Source of the DNA: Bacteroidales bacterium
Lineage (GTDB): Bacteria > Bacteroidota > Bacteroidia > Bacteroidales > UBA1715
Length of the DNA: 49,371 bases
Assembly: GCA_046482735.1 (NCBI GenBank)
Contig: JAWOEL010000060.1
Coordinates: forward strand, 1-49,371
Direction of reading: 5' to 3'
Part shown: piece after piece, positions 23,753 to 32,329 of the stretch
Layout: every line of letters starts with the position of its first letter
How positions within the stretch are numbered: the stretch's first letter is position 1
Made by a program: the position numbers and the translations under genes
Notes under the pieces: generated by a model
What the model was told of the DNA's origin: nothing
What the model saw: only the letters and a program-made list of their open reading frames with translations
Database searches by the model: none

Positions 23753-24595
23753 ATGAAAATAGCTATAGCGAGTGGAAAGGGAGGAACAGGTAAAACATTT
23801 GTTTCTACCAATTTGTATAAGGCTGCGTTACATTATAATATTCAGGTAGATTTAGTTGATTGTGATGCAGAAGAACCAAATGTAACGCAGTTTTTGTCTC
23901 CTGCATGCGAGGATAAAGAAATAGTATATCAGCATGTTCCGGTTGTTAATGCTGAGGTGTGTACGTTTTGTGGAAAGTGTTATGAGTATTGTAATTATAA
24001 TGCTATACTGTATATTCCGGGGAAAAATTTCATTAGTGTTGTGGAAGAGTTGTGTCATGATTGTGGTGCTTGTGTTGCTGCATGTGATGTGGGTGCTATT
24101 ACTGAAAAAGAAAAACCTTTGGGAGTTATTTCTGAATATAAAAATAATGAAGGGAAGATTATAGAAGGTCGAGCAGATGTTGGTGTATATTCTCCGGTTC
24201 CTATTGTGAAAAAATCTATTCAAAAAGTTCGGTCACATTCTTTAGTACTTTTGGATTCACCTCCGGGTATTTCTTGTCCGTTTGTAGCTACAGTGGCGGA
24301 GGCTGATTATGTTTTGCTCGTAACTGAACCAACACCTTTTGGGTTGCATGATTTACAATTATCTGCCGAAACGTTGCAGGAATTAGGTAAACCTTTTGGC
24401 GTTATAATTAATCGTGTCGGTCTGGGAAACAAAGAAGTGTATGATTGGATAGTATCTCAGAATATTGAAATAAAAATGGAGATACCCTTTGATAAAAAAA
24501 TTGCTAAAATCTATTCGGAAGGGAAAATTCTTGTAGATGTAGATGAGGGGTATTTGCGAAAATTTTATAATTTATTACAAACATTTAATATATAA
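23753..24595 (+). CDS. MinD-superfamily P-loop ATPase with inserted 2x[4Fe-4S] ferredoxin (start corrected)
   Basis: ASGKGGTGKT, DCDAEEPN, CTFCGKCYEYC, CHDCGACVAAC, DSPPGISCP, VTEPT. Confidence 0.92.
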   Translation: MKIAIASGKGGTGKTFVSTNLYKAALHYNIQVDLVDCDAEEPNVTQFLSPACEDKEIVYQHVPVVNAEVCTFCGKCYEYCNYNAILYIPGKNFISVVEELCHDCGACVAACDVGAITEKEKPLGVISEYKNNEGKIIEGRADVGVYSPVPIVKKSIQKVRSHSLVLLDSPPGISCPFVATVAEADYVLLVTEPTPFGLHDLQLSAETLQELGKPFGVIINRVGLGNKEVYDWIVSQNIEIKMEIPFDKKIAKIYSEGKILVDVDEGYLRKFYNLLQTFNI

Positions 24596-25473
24596 TGGAA
24601 TTAGCTGTTTTAAGTGGAAAAGGGGGAACTGGAAAGACAAGTGTAAGTGCTTCTTTTGCTGATTTTTCGGATAATGTTGTTGTTGTCGATAGTGATGTTG
24701 ATGCAGCAAATTTATATATAGTTTTACAGCCTCATGATTATAAGGAAGAGGTTTATGTTGCAGGGCATTTAGCTGTAATAAATTATGATACCTGTACCCA
24801 ATGTGGAGTGTGTGAATCGTATTGTAGGTTTAATGCAATTCATACAATTGATGGTGTTGTAGCTATAGATGATGTTGCCTGTGATGGGTGCATGTTGTGT
24901 TCGCGAGTTTGTCCGCAAAATGCTATTACTATGGTTCCCAGCGATAAAAGCAGGTGGTATGCTGGTACAATTAATTCCGGCAACATGGTTCATGCTCGTT
25001 TGGCTCCGGGTGAAGAGAATTCCGGAAAATTGGTACAACATATACGCGATTATGCGAAACAACTTTCGCAAAAAGTGGAGAGTTCTTTAACTCTTATTGA
25101 TGGACCTCCGGGAACCGGTTGTCCTGTTATTTCTGCCATTACTGGTGTCGATAAAATCTTAATTGTTACAGAGCCTTCTAAATCAGCTTTTCATGATTTA
25201 ATTCGTGCATGGGAATTAGCGAAACATTTTAATATACCTGCGTATGTTTTAATTAATAAACATGACTTGAATCTCTCAATTTCAGAGGAAATTGAACAAT
25301 GGTGTTCAGAAAAATCTGTGCAATTGGTTGCAAAAATTCCTTTTAATGAAGATGTTGTACATGCGATGATTTCTTGTCAATCAGTAGTTTTATATAAGCC
25401 GGATTCTGAGATAACAAAGTTGTTGTATGAAGCATATAAGCAAATAGTATATAACGATAACCATATTATGTGA
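24595..25473 (+). CDS. Paralogous MinD-superfamily ATPase with ferredoxin insert
   Basis: SGKGGTGKT, DVDAANL, CTQCGVCESYC, CDGCMLCSRVCP, GEENSGKLV, DGPPGTGCP. Confidence 0.92.
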   Translation: MELAVLSGKGGTGKTSVSASFADFSDNVVVVDSDVDAANLYIVLQPHDYKEEVYVAGHLAVINYDTCTQCGVCESYCRFNAIHTIDGVVAIDDVACDGCMLCSRVCPQNAITMVPSDKSRWYAGTINSGNMVHARLAPGEENSGKLVQHIRDYAKQLSQKVESSLTLIDGPPGTGCPVISAITGVDKILIVTEPSKSAFHDLIRAWELAKHFNIPAYVLINKHDLNLSISEEIEQWCSEKSVQLVAKIPFNEDVVHAMISCQSVVLYKPDSEITKLLYEAYKQIVYNDNHIM

Positions 25474-25578
25474 TTTCTGAAGTAAATCTATGCTCATTAT
25501 TTTTTTGGAAAATTACAGATGTATATTCAACTAGATTAAACACCAAGGTTAATTATTTATAATAAAAAAAATAAATCT

Positions 25579-25968
25579 ATGACAAATAAACATATTGTAC
25601 ATGTTGGTTTACAGGTAGTAGACAAAGATGTTGTGTCTTTTTATGAAGATGTATTACAAGGGACTGTTATTCGATCTTTTGTGTTGCCGGAGGAGTTGTG
25701 TGGAGAAATATTTAATATACATCAGCAAACTACGATTGTGTGCATGATGTGTGATGGTTTTGAATTAGAGTTGTTTGTTTCAGATTGTTCAGAAAATCAA
25801 TCTTTTAACCATCTTTGTGTAGAATCTTTTTCTGCTGAGGACATATATAATGCAGCTGTTCAGTCGGGATATGTTACGTATAAACGATCTTCAAAAAATG
25901 GAGGATATACTTATTTTATAAAAGATTCGTGTGCCAACATATTTGAAATTAAATTGTTATCATTATGA
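25579..25968 (+). CDS. VOC/glyoxalase-like protein
   Basis: HVGL...FYEDVL, ELELF, HLC, FIKDSCANIFEI. Confidence 0.7.
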   Translation: MTNKHIVHVGLQVVDKDVVSFYEDVLQGTVIRSFVLPEELCGEIFNIHQQTTIVCMMCDGFELELFVSDCSENQSFNHLCVESFSAEDIYNAAVQSGYVTYKRSSKNGGYTYFIKDSCANIFEIKLLSL

Positions 25969-26906
25969 TTTCTTTTGGTCCAATTCCCTCTCGTAGATTG
26001 GGAAAGAGTTTGGGGATAAATAATATTCCTTCTCGAAAAATCTGTTCATACTCTTGTTTGTACTGTCAGGTGGGGAAAACGAAAAATTATAGTACTGAAT
26101 TACAAAGTTTTTACAATCCAAAAGTTATTAGACAGGAAGTAAATAATCGGTTAGATGTGCTTGCCGATTCGGATAAGCCTGATTTTCTTACTTTTATTGC
26201 AAATGGTGAACCAACACTGGACAGTTCTTTAGGTGATTCTATTGATGCTGTGTCTGAATTTGGAATTCCGGTTGCTGTTGTGACGAATGCTTCTTTATTG
26301 TCGAATAAGCGTGTTCGGGAAAATTTGATGCATGCCGATTTAGTGTCGGTAAAAGTTGATGCCGGCTTGGAGCATGTTTGGCGAAAAATTCAGCAACCTT
26401 CAGAAAATTTGGATTTTCAATCATACTTGCACGGTCTTTATGTGTTTGTTCAAGAGTTTTCGGGAACTGTTATAACTGAAACAATGTTGTTAGCGGGTAT
26501 TAATGATTCTGATGATTGTGTTAAGGAAACAGTTACGGTTATTTCTCAGTTAAATCCTTCTTGTTCTTATATTTCAATTCCAACTCGTCCTACGGCATTT
26601 GCTGAAGTACAAGCTCCTACTGAACAGATTGTGACCAGAGTTTTTCAGCAATTTGTGAGTCGGGGAATTAATACTGAATTATTAATTGGGTTCGAAGGAA
26701 TAAATACAGGTTCTTCTGGAAATGCGTATGAGGATATTTTAAATATGTCGGCGGTACACCCTATTCGTGATGATACTATGTCTGAATTACTGCGTAATAA
26801 TCATGCAACTTTTGATATTGTTGATTCTATGGTATATAATAAATTAATTCGCGAAGTTCAATATGGATCCCATTTATTTTATGTTCGTAAATTTTATGAT
26901 AAATAA
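25965..26906 (+). CDS. Radical SAM protein (COG0731-like)
   Basis: GPIPSRRLGKSLGIN, CSYSCLYC (CX3CX2C), GEPTL, TNASL. Confidence 0.9.
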   Translation: MISFGPIPSRRLGKSLGINNIPSRKICSYSCLYCQVGKTKNYSTELQSFYNPKVIRQEVNNRLDVLADSDKPDFLTFIANGEPTLDSSLGDSIDAVSEFGIPVAVVTNASLLSNKRVRENLMHADLVSVKVDAGLEHVWRKIQQPSENLDFQSYLHGLYVFVQEFSGTVITETMLLAGINDSDDCVKETVTVISQLNPSCSYISIPTRPTAFAEVQAPTEQIVTRVFQQFVSRGINTELLIGFEGINTGSSGNAYEDILNMSAVHPIRDDTMSELLRNNHATFDIVDSMVYNKLIREVQYGSHLFYVRKFYDK

Positions 26907-26914
26907 TTAGTAGT

Positions 26915-27721
26915 ATGGATAATAATAAAAAAACTATCACTAAAACTGATACACCTCATATTAAAAAAATAGTATTGGTTGCGTCGGGTAAAGGTGGTGT
27001 TGGAAAATCAACTGTAGCAGCCGGTATAGCACTTTCGTTAGCAAAAGAAGGAAAAGCCGTTGGCTTATTGGATGCAGATATACACGGACCTTCGGTGCCA
27101 GCATTGTTCAATATAGATAATAAGTATCCGCAGACAGTAGAAAAAAATGAAAAAACACATATTATACCTTATGAACGTAATCAAATTAAAATTATGTCTT
27201 TAGGTTTTTTTGTTAAAGATAAGCAAGCAGTTGTGTGGCGTGGACCTATGGTTTCAAATGTTTTGCAGCAATTATGTAATGATACAGATTGGGGAGAATT
27301 AGATTATTTAATAGTAGATACTCCCCCGGGTACTGGAGATGTACATATAACTTTGCTGCAACAATATAATATAAGTGGAGTTGTGCTTGTTACAACACCT
27401 CAGCCAATGGCAATAGCTGATGTGCATAAGGCTGCAGGATTGTTTAATTCTGAGAAAATAGGAGCACCGGTGATAGGAGTAGTTGAAAACATGGCTTGGT
27501 TTACTCCCGCAATTCATCCAGATGAAAAATATTATATTTTTGGTAAAGGTGGTGGTGATATTATAGCAGAAGAATGGAATGTACCAATTTTACAACACAT
27601 ACCTATTCACGAACATATGAGAGAGTATTGTGATAATGGTGAGGTTTATAAAATCTTAAACGATTCTATTCTTCAAACTTTTTTTATAGAATTAGCACAT
27701 AAAATAAATAATGTGGTATGA
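26915..27721 (+). CDS. mrp: Mrp/ApbC/NBP35 Fe-S cluster carrier ATPase
   Basis: SGKGGVGKST, DADIHGPS, WRGPM, DTPPGTGD, VTTPQ, VENM. Confidence 0.92.
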   Translation: MDNNKKTITKTDTPHIKKIVLVASGKGGVGKSTVAAGIALSLAKEGKAVGLLDADIHGPSVPALFNIDNKYPQTVEKNEKTHIIPYERNQIKIMSLGFFVKDKQAVVWRGPMVSNVLQQLCNDTDWGELDYLIVDTPPGTGDVHITLLQQYNISGVVLVTTPQPMAIADVHKAAGLFNSEKIGAPVIGVVENMAWFTPAIHPDEKYYIFGKGGGDIIAEEWNVPILQHIPIHEHMREYCDNGEVYKILNDSILQTFFIELAHKINNVV

Positions 27722-28113
27722 TTTCTTATGATTATACTGTTCGGGTAGCTTATTCCGAAACTGATAAAATGGCTGTTGTTCATCATTCTAATTATGCTCG
27801 GTATTTGGAGAATGCCCGGTGGGAGCTATTTAGAAGTATAGGAATACCCTATACAGAAATGGAAGAACGAGGATATATGTGTCCGGTTATTCTTTTGAAT
27901 ATAAAATATGTACAAGTAGCAAAGTATGACCAGCAATTAGTTGTACATACTGTGTTGAAAAAAACAAAGGCTGCTCGCATGTATTTTTATTATACGATAT
28001 ACAATCAAAGTGATGAGATTGTTGCTGAGGCAGATGTGCAGATTGCATGTGTTCGCTCCGATTCGTGGAAACCATGTGTTTTTCCGGATTTTATACGCGA
28101 AAAAATCACATAA
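27718..28113 (+). CDS. Acyl-CoA thioesterase (YbgC/4HBT hot-dog family)
   Basis: RVAYSETDKMAVVHHSNYARYLENAR. Confidence 0.88.
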   Translation: MISYDYTVRVAYSETDKMAVVHHSNYARYLENARWELFRSIGIPYTEMEERGYMCPVILLNIKYVQVAKYDQQLVVHTVLKKTKAARMYFYYTIYNQSDEIVAEADVQIACVRSDSWKPCVFPDFIREKIT

Positions 28114-28232
28114 ACTATAGACTCTTATTGTTTAATTATGGTGAGCGAAGAGATATTTTATTATGTCTTTGTAGTTATATGCTCGTATTTTTTATTAACT
28201 TGCGTATATGAGAATAATAAAAATAATGAGCT

Positions 28233-29558
28233 ATGGTTGTCGAAGATGAAGATAGTTTCGATGCTTTGTTTGCTGATGAGGATACTAACTCTGAGGAGTC
28301 AACTGAGGAATCAGCGTGGAAGGTTTTAATAGTTGATGATGAGCAAGATATACATTCTGCTATAAAGTTAGCATTGCATAATTTTGTATTTAAGAATAAA
28401 CGTATTTCTTTTTTTGATGCTTATTCTGCCGAAGAAGCTCGTGATATATTAATTCATAATAACGATATTGCCCTCATTCTACTTGATGTCGTTATGGAAA
28501 CGAGTCATGCAGGATTAGATTTTGTGGGATATATACGTGATGAATTACAAAATCATTTTATACGTGTAGTTTTGTGGACGGGCCAGCCAGGCTATGCTCC
28601 AAAAAAGGATGTTATTCTTCAGTACGAAATAAATGACTACAAAACCAAAACTGATTTAACAGACGATACTATATTTACCACTGTTCTTTCGAGTATTCGT
28701 TCCTATAATGCTATAATGATTATAGAATCATTTCGTCAGGAACTTGAGGAAAAAGTTATAGAACGAACTGCTATGATTGAGGCACAAAAGAAAAAAATTA
28801 CAGATAGCATTTTATATGCAGAAAAAATTCAGCGTTCAATTTTGCCTGCTGATGAAATCATTAAGGATGTTTTTCCTGAATCTTTTATTTTTTTTAGACC
28901 CAAAGATGTGGTAAGTGGTGATTTTTATTGGATGGGGTCTGTTTCTAAACATGAACATTATATAGTTGCAGCTGACTGTACAGGTCATGGTGTGCCCGGA
29001 GCTTTCATGTCTATGATTGGGACTACTATGTTAAATGAAATTATTTTTTCTAAACAGATATATGACCCCGAAGATATTTGTGCTGAGTTAAATAATGGTG
29101 TAATAGATGCCCTTACTAAACATTCTCGTACAGAAGATGCACAGTCTGATGGGATGGATATTTCTATTTGTAAAGTAAACACTCAGAATCAAACTATTAC
29201 AATTTCAATGGCAAATCATAATGCTTTATTAGTGCGTGGAGGCAAAGTAGAAATTGTGGAGGGTGATATGGCTTCAATTGGTGGCTTTTTCGCTATGCTG
29301 CGTCCTCCGGAATATTCTCAGAAAGTTTTTCAGTTGAGTAAAGGCGATCGGTTGTATATGTTTTCGGATGGTATGTTAGATCAATTTGGCGGTGGTAATA
29401 ATAAAAAATTTACCCTTAATCGGTTTCAACAAGCTGTTGTCGAATTTCAAGATTTTACAATGTCAGATCAGGGGGGGCATATACAAGAAGTTTTTGAAGC
29501 ATGGAAAGGGGATAAACCTCAGCTCGATGATGTTGTTGTGGTGGGGATACAAATATAA
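28233..29558 (+). CDS. Response regulator receiver + SpoIIE/PP2C (RsbU-like) phosphatase
   Basis: VLIVDDE, LLDVVM; VSGDFY, ADCTGHGVPGA, DGMD, FSDG, QLDD. Confidence 0.92.
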   Translation: MVVEDEDSFDALFADEDTNSEESTEESAWKVLIVDDEQDIHSAIKLALHNFVFKNKRISFFDAYSAEEARDILIHNNDIALILLDVVMETSHAGLDFVGYIRDELQNHFIRVVLWTGQPGYAPKKDVILQYEINDYKTKTDLTDDTIFTTVLSSIRSYNAIMIIESFRQELEEKVIERTAMIEAQKKKITDSILYAEKIQRSILPADEIIKDVFPESFIFFRPKDVVSGDFYWMGSVSKHEHYIVAADCTGHGVPGAFMSMIGTTMLNEIIFSKQIYDPEDICAELNNGVIDALTKHSRTEDAQSDGMDISICKVNTQNQTITISMANHNALLVRGGKVEIVEGDMASIGGFFAMLRPPEYSQKVFQLSKGDRLYMFSDGMLDQFGGGNNKKFTLNRFQQAVVEFQDFTMSDQGGHIQEVFEAWKGDKPQLDDVVVVGIQI

Positions 29559-29565
29559 ATTGGTG

Positions 29566-32328
29566 ATGAAAAATATAAGAATCATATTATTTTTTTGTGT
29601 GTTTATGACAGTTTCTGTGTACAATGTTTTTTCATTGCCACAAGTGAATAGTGATACATTATTTTTCACCAATAAAAAAGGTGATGTGATGTCGAAAAAT
29701 AAGGTTACCAATATTTTTAATTCGCGTGATTACCGGGCAATAGCAGATATATTTTATAATACTGGTTATGTGTTGGCTAATAGGCATCACCTATACCAGG
29801 ATTCACTGCACAAATCTTTTATATATTTTGAGTATGCAACAGCTTATTATGATTCTGCCGGTGCAGACTTAGAACTTGCTTTGTCAGTAGAGCATCAGGC
29901 AACAATTTCGTATATGGCTGGTGAAAAGCAAAAAGCTATACAGTTATATCAAAAAGCTTTACAAAAATACGAATCTTTAAAAGTTCCTGATTATAAGCAA
30001 ATAGCTTCTTTACATACAAATATTGCTTTAATATTTTTTAATTCATATCGATATATGCATGCTCGTCGTTTTTTTACGACTGCATTGAGTTTGTATAAAA
30101 AAATCAATCTTCCTCAAGATATTGCAGAAAGTTTATATTATATAGGTTTATCCTTTTACGAAACAGAGGTGTATGATAGTGCATATGTTTATTATATGAA
30201 AGCATTGGAGTATGATAAGAAAACAAATAATGTTAGTGAAATTGTTGCATCGTACAACAATATTTGTGTGGTGATGTTGCAACAAAAAAAATATAAACAG
30301 GCATTTAACTTTTTAGCAGAAGCAGATCCTTTAGCTGATTCGGTGAATAATCCAAGAGTGAAAGCTATTCATTATAATAATAAGGGGAATGCACGTTTTT
30401 ATGCTGAAGAGTATGATAAAGCATTTGATCTCTATACCTATTCTTTACGTATTAAAAAAGAGATAAATGATACTATAGGGCAGTCGGTGAGTTTGCATAA
30501 TATGGCTCGTGTTTTTTTGAAACGTACACAATATGAACGTGCCGTTGATTATATTCATCAGTCTCTCGATTATTTTGACAATCCGGTAAATAGTAGAATA
30601 TATGCTGAAATATGTAAAACCGCATCAGACATTTATGAAAAATTAGGGAATGATGATTTAGCTTTAGAGTATTATGAAAAATATGTTTCTTCTTCTTTTT
30701 CAGTGTTGTCTCAAGACGTGAATCAAATTACGGAATCTCATATTAAATATCAGGATAATCGTATTGAAGCTTCGTCTATAGAGCGAGAAATTAAAATGCA
30801 AAAGTTGTTGGCAGATTACGATTTTGCTATAAAACAAACAGAAATTCAAACGGGAGAACAAGAGCGTAAAGCTCAACAAATGATGCTATATAGTATACTG
30901 GGTATGTTGTTTTTTGTATTATTGGCAGGTATACTTATTTATAATAGATATAGAATCAAAAAACAAGCAAGTCGCAAACTCGAAAAGCAAAACAAAGAAC
31001 TTGAAAAGCAAAATGCAGTTATCGAAGAACAATCTAATGTCTTGATGAGGTCAAATCAAGAGTTTGAAAAGTTGTCAATTGTTGCCAGTAATACAGATAA
31101 TGCAATAATTATTATGGATTCCCAGGGTAATTTTGAATGGATAAATGATGCTTTTGTTTCTATGTTTGGGTATAATCTGGATGAATTATCCCAGCGTATA
31201 AGTTCAAATATTATTTCATCTACGACACCTGAATATATAAAAAATGCGTTTGAAACATGTGTGCGTGAGTCAAAAACAGTGACCTATGATTTGCAAACAA
31301 CTACCAAATCAGGTGAGCAAAAATGGGTTAATGTTACTTTATCTCCTATTTTGAATGATGCACACGAAATTACTAAATTGGTAATGATTGATGCTGATAT
31401 TACTGATTTGAAGAATGCTGAAATTGAAATAAAAAAACAAAAAAAATATATAGAACAACAAAAAGAAGAGTTTACTCAGCAACGCGATGAGGTGATTGAG
31501 CAGGGGAAAGTAATGAAAAAGCAGAAGGAAGAACTTTCCAAAACTTTACATGAATTACAATCAGCTCAGTCAAAATTGGTAGAGTCTGAAAAAATGGCCG
31601 CTCTCGGTAGTTTGGTTGCGGGTATTTCTCATGAAATAAATACGCCGGTAGGCATAGGTTCAGCAGCAGCTACTACATTATTGTCTCGTACTAAGGAAAT
31701 ATCTGAGTTGTTTAATTCTAAAAAATTAAAACTTTCTGATTTAAAAAACTTTATTGAATCTGCTGAGCAAGCGTGTGAATTGATTCGGAAAAATTTGACG
31801 CGTACTGCGGATTTAATTAAAAGTTTTAATAAGGTGTCTGTTGATAATATTTCTGAAGAAAAACGTGTATTTAATCTATGTGAGTATATAGATGATATTG
31901 TGAGAAGTCTTAGTCCTAAATTTAAAGGACGTAAGGTTTCTCTTAATATTGATTGTCCGGAAAATATTGATATAGTATCGTATCCGGGGGCATTTGCTCA
32001 AATTTTTACCAATTTTATTATTAATTCACTTATTCATGCGTTTGACGAAGAGGAAAAAGGGGATATTTTTATTCGTGTTTCTGAATCTGATACAGAATTA
32101 ATATGTGTGTATTCTGATAATGGAAAAGGTATTTCTCCTGAGTATCAGGATAAGGTTTTTGATGCTTTTTTTACTACAAATTCTAAAGTCGGTACAGGTT
32201 TGGGAATGAGTATAACATATAATTTAATTACTCAGAAATTAGGTGGAACTATCTCATTAGAAAGTGAAATTGATAAAGGTGTTTCTTTTATTATAACAAT
32301 ACCGTTAGAACAGTTAAAAGAGGACTAA
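29566..32328 (+). CDS. Sensor histidine kinase: signal/TM, periplasmic TPRs, TM, PAS, HisKA, HATPase (start corrected)
   Basis: TPR helices; MLYSILGMLFFVLLAGILIY TM; PAS (DNAIIIMD...WINDAF); GISHEINTP; DNGKG, FFTT, GTGLG. Confidence 0.9.
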   Translation: MKNIRIILFFCVFMTVSVYNVFSLPQVNSDTLFFTNKKGDVMSKNKVTNIFNSRDYRAIADIFYNTGYVLANRHHLYQDSLHKSFIYFEYATAYYDSAGADLELALSVEHQATISYMAGEKQKAIQLYQKALQKYESLKVPDYKQIASLHTNIALIFFNSYRYMHARRFFTTALSLYKKINLPQDIAESLYYIGLSFYETEVYDSAYVYYMKALEYDKKTNNVSEIVASYNNICVVMLQQKKYKQAFNFLAEADPLADSVNNPRVKAIHYNNKGNARFYAEEYDKAFDLYTYSLRIKKEINDTIGQSVSLHNMARVFLKRTQYERAVDYIHQSLDYFDNPVNSRIYAEICKTASDIYEKLGNDDLALEYYEKYVSSSFSVLSQDVNQITESHIKYQDNRIEASSIEREIKMQKLLADYDFAIKQTEIQTGEQERKAQQMMLYSILGMLFFVLLAGILIYNRYRIKKQASRKLEKQNKELEKQNAVIEEQSNVLMRSNQEFEKLSIVASNTDNAIIIMDSQGNFEWINDAFVSMFGYNLDELSQRISSNIISSTTPEYIKNAFETCVRESKTVTYDLQTTTKSGEQKWVNVTLSPILNDAHEITKLVMIDADITDLKNAEIEIKKQKKYIEQQKEEFTQQRDEVIEQGKVMKKQKEELSKTLHELQSAQSKLVESEKMAALGSLVAGISHEINTPVGIGSAAATTLLSRTKEISELFNSKKLKLSDLKNFIESAEQACELIRKNLTRTADLIKSFNKVSVDNISEEKRVFNLCEYIDDIVRSLSPKFKGRKVSLNIDCPENIDIVSYPGAFAQIFTNFIINSLIHAFDEEEKGDIFIRVSESDTELICVYSDNGKGISPEYQDKVFDAFFTTNSKVGTGLGMSITYNLITQKLGGTISLESEIDKGVSFIITIPLEQLKED

Positions 32329-32329
32329 T

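Noticed and set aside
20931-23769. Identical 19-mer atatgaaaatagctatagc at the starts of the NifX gene (20931) and first ATPase gene (23751)
   Set aside because: Explained by both proteins starting MKIAIAS with AT-biased codons; no further similarity or sign of duplication.
29386-29565. Long 5' extensions in the ORF track for the kinase (also rplD, groES, first ATPase, tsaE, DUF1573)
   Set aside because: They overlap upstream genes or promoters; downstream ATGs give family-typical N-termini.
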